Positions 24,787 through 36,453 of a stretch of DNA of 40,444 nt are shown one piece after another. The DNA comes from Nemertoderma westbladi (Eukaryota; Animalia; Xenacoelomorpha), in NCBI GenBank assembly GCA_032718475.1, contig JAUCBJ010000694.1:1-40444 (forward strand), in the 5' to 3' direction. The notes under the pieces were generated by a model, which made no database searches, had not been told where the DNA came from, and worked only from the letters and a program-made list of their open reading frames with translations. Made by a program: the position numbers and the translations under genes. Position 1 is the first letter of the stretch; each line of letters begins with the position of its first letter.

Positions 24787-26097
24787 CTCCCCCCCATGCT
24801 ATCTTCCCGGTAAGGAGATAGCATCAACCAAAAAAGTGCGCTACAATCCCGCTGGATCCCGATCTAGTATCGGGTGTGGGGTGGAATTCTTTTCTCTTGG
24901 AGCCGGCTTTCCAGGCCGCCCCCTATGGGTATGATAACGCTACCCTGTGTGCCTGGCGTCTCATGTCGGGCCGATCGTGCTCGTCTCTCACACGATTTTT
25001 GTTTCCCCAACACTTTCGCCCTTGACTCTACTCTCCTTTCACTCTACTCTCGGACTTCTCTGTCCCTTACTCAGCCTCTTACTCCTTCCCCCCCACGCTT
25101 GAATTGCGCTCACACTATCTCCACACTATCTCCATACCACCTCTCGCTATCTCTCTTGCCACTCCCTAAGGCTTTAATCTCTAATGCTACCCCTGTGCTA
25201 TCATACTGTCTACCTACTGCTTACTAACTCTAACTATCTAACTAACTCTGCTAACTACTAACTCTTACTACTTCTAGCTCTAACTGAGAGCCTCTAACTT
25301 TCTACTGACTCTAACTCTCTACTAAGTCTAACTAACTCCTACTGACTCTAACTCTCTACTAACTCTACTTGACTCCTCTGAGTCTACCAACTCTGCTAAC
25401 TAGCTCTACCAACTCTACTCCACTAGCTCTGCTAACTCTACTCCACTAGCTCTGCTCTACTAACTCTACTCCACTCTTCTAACTACGTGGTGCTTGCGGT
25501 GCCCACAACCACTCTACTATCTGGCACCCTATGTGCCCGTCTCTACTCTTCTACTCTCTGGCACCCTATGTGCCCGTCTCTACTCCTCTACATCCCCTTT
25601 ACGTCTCATAGCCTACACGTGACGCTCTGAGTGCCGGCAGAGTGGGTACGTTAATTATGTGAACTACTACTGACTCTAACTAACTCTACTAACTCTCTAC
25701 GTGGCGCTAACGGTGCCCACAACCACAATCGGTACTACGTACCCTCTTACTAACTCTACCTCTATCTGCGTGGCGCTAACGGTGCCCACAACCACAACCG
25801 GTACTACGTACCCTCTTACTAACCTCTAACTCCCACTAACTCAACTAACTCTACTACTAACTCTTTTTGTGCCCGGCACCTCTTGTGCCCGGCACCCACC
25901 CTAATTAACATACCCTGCTCTTACATCAAACACGTCATCACGCCCGTGCCCCACTAAGTTTAGCGCATTCCCTACTAACTCTAACTACATGGCGCTTACG
26001 GTGCCCACAACCCTCTACTGCTACTACTTTCTATGTGGCGCTTACGGTGCCCACAACCATTCTACTACTAACTCTACTCTGCTAACTCTCTACTAAC

Positions 26098-26774
26098 GGT
26101 ACTACGTACCCTCTAACTCTTACTCTAACTAGCGGTACTACGTACCCTCTCACTCTAACTAACTATTGGTACTACGTACCTACTAACTCTCTAACTATCG
26201 GTACTACGTACCCTCTAACTCTAACTAACTATTGGTACTACGTACCTACTAACTCTCTAACTATCGGTACTACGTACCCTCTAACTCTAACTCTAACTAG
26301 GTACTACGTACCTACTAACTCTCTAACTATCGGTACTACGTACCCTCTAACTCTAACTAACTAGGTACTACGTACCTACTAACTCTCTAACTATCGGTAC
26401 TACGTACCCTCTAACTCTAACTCTAACTAGGTACTACGTACCTACTAACTCTAACTAGGTACTACGTACCTTCTAACTCTAACTCTAACTAGGTACTACG
26501 TACCTACTAACTCTCTAACTAGGTACTACGTACCCTCTAACTCTAACTCTAACTAGGTACTACGTACCTACTAACTCTCTAACTAGGTACTACGTACCCT
26601 CTAACTCTAACTCTAACTAGGTACTACGTACCTACTGACTCTCTAACTAACTCTAGGTACTACGTACCTACTAACTCTCTAACTCTAGGTACTACGTACC
26701 TACTAACTCTAACTCTAACTCTCTAATGGTACTACGTACCTACTAACTCTAACTCTAACTAGGTACTACGTACC
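26098..26774. repeat. Array of 21 GGTACTACGTACC palindromic motifs with CTAA/CTCTAA spacers
   Basis: Counted directly; spacing 28-40 bp; two further copies at 25731 and 25800. Confidence 0.92.
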
Positions 26775-26856
26775 ACCCTTTAACTAACTAACTAACTAAC
26801 TAACTAACTACCTAACTTCTACCTACTCTATTATTTAATTATTTTCTTATTTTTAA

Positions 26857-29800
26857 TTAAATAATTATTTTATATTTTGTGCGTGGGAAGGGCGTCTCGC
26901 CCTCATTCCCACCCCCCTCAGTCCAAAACTTTGGACGACTAAAAACTCTCACGTGCCCCTTCTTCCGGTAGGCACTCTCCTGCTGCCCTCCTATACGTCC
27001 TCTAACTCTTCGCCACACTCTCTTCGGTGCTACCTTTGCTGGCCTCCCCCTTCGTATGTGCGCTGGCATTAAGGCCCTCGACGACCCCCGCTCGTCCCTC
27101 AGTATACGCGGTGTCTGCCCGTGCAATGCCCCCTCGCACTGTGTCAGCCGTGCGTGTGTATGCAACACGCCTCCTTCTACTTTCCCGACTCCCTTATGTT
27201 TGCTAATGGGCTTCTCTGCCCCTGGTTTAGTCCTTTCATATCCTCTCCCTTTCCAACACTCTCCGGATCTGTGTCCTTTTACCACACATCGATGACATAG
27301 TCCGTTTGCGTCTGTGTAGGCTACACGATCTCGTTTGGGCAACGCTTGCCAGTACTTGCAACTCCTGGTCTTATGGGTTCCGTCCCGATGTAATTGACAT
27401 TGGAATCCTGGATTATAGCGTTTCCTGTATAGTCCTTCACGTATCGCGCTTAGGTTTATATGTACCGATTTAATGTTTTGGTTGTCTAGACTCGGCCTAC
27501 TGGGTATATTGGGATTGTGTTTATTATATATAGTGTTATTTTCTTTCTGTCCCTGCCACGGTGTTGCCCTGCTCCCAGCTAACTGTGGACTAGCAGTCCC
27601 CTGTACGGCCGCGTGTGGTGGTGACTGTCCGCACGACCTGCTCTCGTCCAGGGAGTTCGATGTTCTCGCTCCTATCGGGGTACATTGTCGATATTGTGAT
27701 GGGGGAATGTCACCCTGTCCCCCCCCAGCCGGTATGTTTGGTACTGGGGTTGATGTTAATACATTGGGGCCCATACGTCTATCTCCAATAACTCCCCCCT
27801 CCCCTGGATATATGTTATGTCCCTGTGTATTATAGTCATGCTGCTGTACCGATATAGGCCTATCTACCTCTCGCCTACCTACCGGTATTTACTCCGCGAC
27901 TTCCGGGTTTAATCCCGTCGTTCGCGCTACCCCATCGCCTACTCTATCTCTCCCAGCATGGCCTATAATAGTATGTGCAGTAAGACCTACAGTATGCCCT
28001 ACAGTCTGCATGTGTTGCTCGGGATCGAAGTTTATTCTTCTCGAATAATCCTCCCCGCGGCTACCGTATTCTCGATCGGTAGGTATATTCCGTCGGAAAG
28101 TTTCTCTTCGACCCCCCTCTCCACTGTTTTCATCTTCGTACCGGTACATCGCGTACCCCTCTCTCGGCGTGTAATGCGTCTCACCGGATCGCATCCCTCC
28201 GGGGCGACGGCAATCTCCCGGAGTCCGACCCCATTGACTCTCCGTTCTCATCTCGACTATCGACGGCTCGCTGTCCGTCCTCGCTCTTCTATCTTTTGCG
28301 GCGATACTTCTACTACTCTCTTCCTCTCTTCTCCTATCAGTGGAATATTCCCGCTCACGAGATCTCTCGTCGACCTCCCGGTTAAACCCCACTGTTCTTC
28401 TTTCCTCCTCTGATCGGGCTCGACGCTCCGTCTGCCCTCCCGCGACGTCAACCTGTCTTTCTCTGCTCGATCGCACGTCGCTGGGGATACTCGCAATCCC
28501 CCTATTACTTTCCGTCGCCGGTTGTTGCGGTTTACCTTGTTCGGCCCTCGCATTGTCCGCTGACGGCTGTGGGACACTCTCTGCCCCCCCCCTCTCGCCG
28601 CTAACTTTCTGTTGTGGGGTGCTCGTAGCCCCCCCCCCCCCCACTCGCTACATCTAACTTCGCTACCTCTCGCCCCGCTACTATATATCTCTCTAGTCGA
28701 CACATCAACCCTACCACAGTCGGGTCTATTCACCCCCGCCTCTCCCTCTGCTATTGCGTGGCCTTCCAGGCCCTCTGCTCCCTGTCTACCAACTACGTGG
28801 CCTACCAGGCCCTCTGCTCCCTGTCTACTAACTACGCGGCCTACCAGGCCCTCTGCTCCCTGTCTACTAACTACGTGGCCCGACGTGTTTACATTAATAG
28901 CACCCATATTGGAAACGGAATTAATTTGCTCATTTGAAACAAAATCATTTGTATTATTCTGCGCGACTACGTTATCTGAATTATTTTGTAAATTCGGGCT
29001 AAGATCATTATTTGAATTATTCGAATTATTCTGTGTAATTGCGTTATTTAAGTTATTTTGTAGGTCCGAATTCGAGTTATTATTTTGATTATTTGAATTA
29101 TTTTGCGTAACTACATCAATATTAGGATTATTTTCTACATTAACACTGGGATTGTTCTGATTTAAATTTAAATTACTACCACCAGGCAAAGTATTTCCTG
29201 TAATAAAGGTTTGATTAGCGTTATCCCATACGGTACTATTAATATCAACAACGTCTACTGTACCATTATTATTACCCCCCCCCGCCCGTACGGTCGCACC
29301 AGTTTTGGGTCTGTCGTGCGGTCCCTGTCAGTGGAGTATTAATAAATATATCTACGGCCCTCGGCTCCTCAAAAATACTCGAGCCGGCCCCAGTTTCAGA
29401 CGGCGGTCCCACTCGCACGTATTCCAACTCGTGCTCCCCTCTAATTATATTTCCCGCAAACTCACTCTGCCGTTTCTCTAATTCCTTGCGCTCCTTTTTA
29501 CTCTCTGCCACTATCCCCTCACGCTCCTGGGTGTCCTTGATGGCCGAGTCTGCGGCACTCTTAATGCTCTCCCTTCGTCTCGCCCCACGCTCTTTGCGTT
29601 CCTTTTCCTTTCTCGTCTCATATTCCTTGCGTTCCGCCTCACGCTCCTTGCGTTCCCTTTCCTCCCTTGCCTCACGCTCCTTGCGTTCCTTTTCCATTCC
29701 CGCCTCACGCTCCTTGCGTTCCGCCTCACGCTCCTTGCGTTCCCTTTCCTCTCTCGCTTCACGCTCCCTACACTCCCTTTCCTCTATCTCATCATACTCC

Positions 29801-30864
29801 CTTAGGCTTTTCAGAGCCCTTTCGGCCCTTTCTCCGGTTTCTCTAAGCAATACCGTTTCCCTCTCAAACCGCACTCTTCCCTCCTCTAGCCGTTCCTTCA
29901 TTTCTCTCTGACCTTGCTCTGCCATGCTGAGACGGTATGCGGCTCCTATTTTTCTCACCGCTCTTTCTTTCGCGGAGGATGTAGCAGACTTATCGGTTAC
30001 GACGGACTTCCCCCGCCTTCCCGACCTACTAACTTTCTCCCACTTCCCGGAGCTTTCTCCGACCGACGAGGCCGAATCCTCGGTGTTAACCTCGGATTCG
30101 CCCCCTTCGAGTCCCTTCCAACCCACCGGTTTTACTCCCCGGGCATCGACCAAGTATGGCCCTATGTACACTGGCGCTACACTAGGTTCCATACTCCCAC
30201 ACTCCCATAGTTCAAACAGTTCGCCGGCTATCCTTTCTGCTCTCTCCCCGGCCAGTTCTCTCTGCCCAAAACGTATTAGGTAATTTAAGTGCCTATCCGA
30301 CTCACCTAGTCGCTTTCTCAGTCTCACCTCGTCTACCTTCGCCCCTTCCTTCTTGGCGTCGTTTATCAGCTTCCGGGTCGCGTTGTAGGCCCGTCGAAGT
30401 CGCTCAGAAACCCCGACGTCCTCGTCGCCGACCTCTCCTCCGTCCCTCCGGGTCCGACGTCGTACCGGCGGCTCCACCGTCGCCGTTCCGGTGGGCCGTC
30501 CGTCGCCCTCGGCCTGTAGCTGGCCGGCGACATCGGTACCGATCTATCCTCCGTCTCTTCGTGTCCGGCGTCGCACCGTCGGCCCCACCGGTTCGGTGGG
30601 CCGCTCGTCGCCCTCGGCCGGTAGCTGGCCGGCGACATCGGCGCGCCGTCCTCCGTCCCGTGTCGACTCATCTCCTTCTCCCTCCGTCTCGCTCTCTTTC
30701 TCTCTTGGCTCGACTTCGGGTTCCAGGCCCTCCTCGTCCTGTGCTTCCGGTTCGCCCGTTATCGATGGCTCCGGGGTCGTGGGCCTGTATCGTTTGGTCG
30801 CGGCCTCGCGGATCGTTAGGTCTTCGTCCGGGGTCCGCGGTGGTGTCTCGCCCGACTCACTCAT
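26857..30864 (-). pseudogene. Disrupted gag-like ORF (~1330 codons)
   Basis: ORFs 30544-30864, 29272-30477, 27889-28644 and 26857-27774 share one frame. There are single in-frame stops at 30544 and 27889, and compensating shifts at C-runs 29275-29283 and 28629-28642. The C-terminus carries CQLH…H….C…LCHRCVVKGHRSGEC. Confidence 0.75.
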
Positions 30865-30979
30865 CTCGTCTGGTGGCTGATGGTTCGGCTAGCTAGGGTG
30901 GAGTTCTTTGTGTTTAACTGGGGCGGCAGCTCGTCTTTAGTTACTGAGTTTAGCTGGGGAAGCAACACCTTTTAGTTAC

Positions 30980-31516
30980 TGTGACGGGATCCAGGAGGGA
31001 TCCCGATTTATCCGATGTGGTATTTAGTCCACGCGTCCCCGCCGTGTATAAGAGTGAAATAAAGATAACTGAGTTCTGAAGTTCGGTGTATAATAAGAGG
31101 TTATAGGATATAGATATATTGTGAATGTGTACAAGGCGGGATACGGTAACTAAAGTCCCGTGATCCCCTAACTAAACTAATTGGCTGTACCCTACGCTAG
31201 CACTGCTGCACTGAGATAACTGAATCACTGATTAATAGGTTATTGGTTATATTGCACGGTGGCCTTACTGCTACTCAATCGATGCCATTCCCCCCTCTGA
31301 TTGGTTAATACCCTTGTTGGCGCCCCGTGGAGTATTCCCGTTCACTCCACCTGTTCTCTCTGGGTTAGGGGTTTGGCCCCTGACCCTCTATTGTGTGCTT
31401 CCTTCCCACTCTTATTGGGATGGCACGAGTTGGTTAATTGCCCAATCTCGTGGCTCCCAATATTGCTTATCGGCTAATAACTTTATGGGGTGTTGGCGGG
31501 ATTGAATAAGCTAACA
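30980..31516 (-). repeat. 5' LTR
   Basis: Direct repeat of 24250-24786; no mismatch seen by eye. Confidence 0.95.
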
Positions 31517-34500
31517 ACTATTGAGTTAATAGTTCAGCGTAAGTAACAATAAACTACTGTAAATATTACCCTCCATCACTGTTAGTAGAACAGGAGTCAT
31601 TCACTATTGAGTTAATAGTTCAGTGTAAGTAACAATAAACTACTGTAAATATTACTCTCCATCACTGTTAGTAGAACAGGAGTCATTCACTATTGAGTTA
31701 ATAGTTCAGCGTAAGTAACAATAAACTACTGTAAATATTACCCTCCATCACTGTTAGTAGAACAGGAGTCATTCACTATTGAGTTAATAGTTCAGTGTAA
31801 GTAACAATAAACTACTGTAAATATTACCCTCCATCACTGTTAGTAGAACAGGAGTCATTCACTATTGAGTTAATAGTTCAGTGTAAATAACAATAAACTA
31901 CTGTAAATATTACCCTCCATCACTGTTAGTAGAACATGAGTCATTTACAATTGAGTTAATAGTTCAGTGTAAGTAACAATTAGCTACTGTAAATATTAAC
32001 CTCCATCACTGTTAGTAGAACAGGAGTCATTCACTATTGAGTTAATAGTTCAGTGTAAATAACAATAAACTACTGTAAATATTACCCTCCATCACTGTTA
32101 GTAGAACATGAGTCATTTACAATTGAGTTAATAGTTCAGTGTAAGTAACAATTAGCTACTGTAAATATTAACCTCCATCACTGTTAGTAGAACAGGAGTC
32201 ATTCACAATTGAGTTAATAGTTCAGTGTAAGTAACAATAAACTACTGTAAATATTACCCTCCATCACTGTTAGTAGAACAGGAGTCATTCACAATTGAGT
32301 TAATAGTTCAGTGTAAGTAACAATAAACTACTGTAAATATTACCCTACATCACTGTTAGTAGAACAGGAGTCATTCACTATTGAGTTAATAGTTCAGTGT
32401 AAGTAACAATAAACTACTGTAAATATTACCCTCCATCACTGTTAGTAGAACAGGAATCATTCACTATTGAGTTAATAGTTCAGTGTAAGTAACAATAAAC
32501 TACTTTAAATATTACCCTCCATCACTGTTAGTAGAACAGGAGTCATTCACTATTGAGTTAATAGTTCAGCGTAAGTAACAATAAACTACTGTAAATATTA
32601 CCCTCCATCACTGTTAGTAGAACAGGAGTCATTCACTATTGAGTTAATAGTTCAGTGTAAGTAACAATAAACTACTGTAAATATTACTCTCCATCACTGT
32701 TAGTAGAACAGGAGTCATTCACTATTGAGTTAATAGTTCAGCGTAAGTAACAATAAACTACTGTAAATATTACCCTCCATCACTGTTAGTAGAACAGGAG
32801 TCATTCACTATTGAGTTAATAGTTCAGTGTAAGTAACAATAAACTACTGTAAATATTACCCTCCATCACTGTTAGTAGAACAGGAGTCATTCACTATTGA
32901 GTTAATAGTTCAGTGTAAATAACAATAAACTACTGTAAATATTACCCTCCATCACTGTTAGTAGAACATGAGTCATGTACAATTGAGTTAATAGTTCAGT
33001 GTAAGTAACAATTAGCTACTGTAAATATTAACCTCCATCACTGTTAGTAGAACAGGAGTCATTCACAATTGAGTTAATAGTTCAGTGTAAGTAACAATAA
33101 ACTACTGTAAATATTAACCTCCATCACTGTTAGTAGAACAGGAGTCATTCACTATTGAGTTAATAGTTCAGTGTAAGTAACAATAAACTACTGTAAATAT
33201 TAACCTCCATCACTGTTAGTAGAACAGGAGTCATTCACTATTGAGTTAATAGTCCAGTGTAAGTAACAATAAACTACTGTAAATATTACCCTCCATCACT
33301 GTTAGTAGAACAGGAGTCATTCACTATTGAGTTAATAGTTCAGTGTAAGTAACAATAAACTACTGTAAATATTAACCTGCATCACTGTTAGTAGAACAGG
33401 AGTCATTCACTATTGAGTTAATAGTTCAGTGTAAGTAACAATAAACTACTGTAAATATTAACCTCCATCACTGTTAGTAGAACAGGAGTCATTCACTATT
33501 GAGTTAATAGTTCAGTGTAAGTAACAATAAACTACTGTAAATATTACTCTCCATCACTGTTAGTAGAACAGGAGTCATTCACTATTGAGTTAATAGTTCA
33601 GTGTAAGTAACAATAAACTACTGTAAATATTACCCTACATCACTGTTAGTAGAACAGGAGTCATTCACTATTGAGTTAATAGTTCAGTGTAAGTAACAAT
33701 AAACTACTGTAAATATTACCCTCCATCACTGTTAGTAGAACAGGAGTCATTCACTATTGAGTTAATAGTTCAATGTAAGTAACAATAAACTACTGTAAAT
33801 ATTACCCTCCATCACTGTTAGTAGAACAGGAGTCATTCACTATTGAGTTAATAGTTCAATGTAAGTAACAATAAACTACTGTAAATATTACCCTCCATCA
33901 CTGTTAGTAGAACAGGAGTCATTCACTATTGAGTTAATAGTTCAGTGTAAGTAACAATAAACTACTGTAAATATTACCCTCCATCACTGTTAGTAGAACA
34001 GGAGTCATTCACTATTGAGTTAATAGTTCAGTGTAAGTAACAATAAACTACTGTAAATATTACCCTCCATCACTGTTAGTAGAACAGGAGTCATTCAGTA
34101 TTGAGTTAATAGTTCAGTGTAAGTAACAATAAACTACTGTAAATATTACCCTCCATCACTGTTAGTAGAACAGGAGTCATTCACAATTGAGTTAATAGTT
34201 CAGTGTAAGTAACAATAAACTACTGTAAATATTACCCTCCATCACTGTTAGTAGAACAGGAGTCATTCACAATTGAGTTAATAGTTCAGTGTAAGTAACA
34301 ATAAACTACTGTAAATATTACCCTCCATCACTGTTAGTAGAACAGGAGTCATTCACTATTGAGTTAATAGTTCAGTGTAAGTAACAATAAACTACTGTAA
34401 ATATTACCCTCCATCACTGTTAGTAGAACAGGAGTCATTCACAATTGAGTTAATAGTTCAGTGTAAGTAACAATAAACTACTGTAAATATTACTCTCCAT

Positions 34501-35357
34501 CACTGTTAGTAGAACAGGAGTCATTCACTATTGAGTTAATAGTTCAGCGTAAGTAACAATAAACTACTGTAAATATTACCCTCCATCACTGTTAGTAGAA
34601 CAGGAGTCATTCACTATTGAGTTAATAGTTCAGTGTAAGTAACAATAAACTACTGTAAATATTACCCTCCATCACTGTTAGTAGAACAGGAGTCATTCAC
34701 TATTGAGTTAATAGTTCAGTGTAAATAACAATAAACTACTGTAAATATTAACCTCCATCACTGTTAGTAGAACAGGAGTCATTCACTATTGAGTTAATAG
34801 TTCAGTGTAAGTAACAATAAACTACTGTAAATATTAACCTCCATCACTGTTAGTAGAACAGGAGTCATTCACTATTGAGTTAATAGTTCAGTGTAAGTAA
34901 CAATAAACTACTGTAAATATTAACCTGCATCACTGTTAGTAGAAGAGGAGTCATTCACTATTGAGTTAATAGTTCAGTGTAAGTAACAATAAACTACTGT
35001 AAATATTACCCTCCATCACTGTTAGTAGAACAGGAGTCATTCACTATTGAGTTAATAGTTCAGTGTAAGTAACAATAAACTACTGTAAATATTACCCTAC
35101 ATCACTGTTAGTAGAACAGGAGTCATTCACTATTGAGTTAATAGTTCAGTGTAAGTAACAATAAACTACTGTAAATATTACCCTCCATCACTGTTAGTAG
35201 AACAGGAGTCATTCACTATTGAGTTAATAGTTCAGTGTAAGTAACAATAAACTACTGTAAATATTACCCTCCATCACTGTTAGTAGAACAGGAGTCATTC
35301 ACTATTGAGTTAATAGTTCAGTGTAAGTAACAATAAATATTACCCTCCATCACTGTT

Positions 35358-36453
35358 TTTATTTATTTATTTATTTATTTAAAACTCGACATTAAAATAT
35401 GTGAAATACACATAACATAGAAACATACATACAGAACAAAGAATACACAAAAGGTCGAGGGAGGGAAACTGCCCAGGCTCAAGGCACTTACGGGAGTTTG
35501 GGTACTATAAAGTAAACATAAAATATACTGTAATGCACATACAGTACACATTACAAATTGCTATAATATTTTAAATTTCTAATAAAATTGAGACTTATAA
35601 AAAGAAAACGAGACGAAAAACTAAAACAATAAAAAAAAAAATGACAAAAAAGATATTTGTCACTGTTGTGCTAAAAATAATGGATTGCCAGGGGGTCGTG
35701 TAAAATTAAAGTGTTCCAAAAAGTCGATCGCCTGCAACTTGCGTGAAAATATGTTCAGGTTACAAGAATCAACTACTGAAGAAGGGAGATTATTCCATAT
35801 TCTGACTGCACGAGATGAGAAAGAATGTTTGCTGATATCTAAACGACACCTAGGTACGTAAAGTTTCCTACTGTTGCCACGAAGACCAGCTCGGGGAGCT
35901 TGAGAGAAATAATTATCAAAGTCAAGATCAACAAGACCTTGTGTAATTTTGTAAACCATTTTTAGGTCGAATATCATTCGACGCACTTCTAAAGGTTGTA
36001 GGAAAAGCAGTTCGAGGCGGTCCATGTAGCTAGAGTAAGGTAACTTACAGCGCATAAACAGACGACGAGTAAAGTAGCGTTGAACACCCTCAATCATGTC
36101 TATGCTGCGTTTTGTATGTGGAGACCAGACAGGCGCGCAATATTCTACAAGAGGCCGAGCTATGGCTTTATAAGCTATTATTAAAGCTTGACGGTTACTA
36201 GTTACGATGCTCCTGAATAACATATTGATAACTTTGTAAGCTTTTGCTGTTTGGTCTCTACAATAAAGATCGAATTTTAGATCGGATGAAATTGTTAGGC
36301 CCAGGTCCTTACAGTGTGTATCAGAGGTGAGCACAGACGGATTGAGAGTGTATTCGCGCTTCGCATTGGATGAGCCAACATAAATAACAATACATTTATG
36401 GGTTGCAATAGAGAGCTGCCATTCGTTCGCCCATGCCTCCAGCTTGCTGAGTG
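35358..36453 (-). mobile_element. 5'-truncated CR1-like LINE, copy 2 (same breakpoints as copy 1)
   Basis: Near-identical to 10154-11247, with the same CTGTT junctions and the same 10-bp deletion in the preceding satellite unit. Confidence 0.92.

Larger units (their letters stand above)
24250..31516 (-). mobile_element. Non-autonomous LTR retrotransposon, BEL/Pao-like, 7267 bp
   Basis: Two 537-bp TG…CA LTRs, a 5-bp TSD ACTAT (24245-24249, 31517-31521) and a - strand polypurine tract at 24787-24795. BEL-type Gag zinc knuckles are present; no protease, RT or integrase motifs were seen. Confidence 0.9.

Noticed and set aside
26098-26774. Palindromic repeat-spacer array as CRISPR-like or telomeric
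   Set aside because: Repeats are only 13 bp, spacers are low-complexity CTAA/CTCTAA permutations rather than a fixed telomere unit, and the array lies inside an LTR element.
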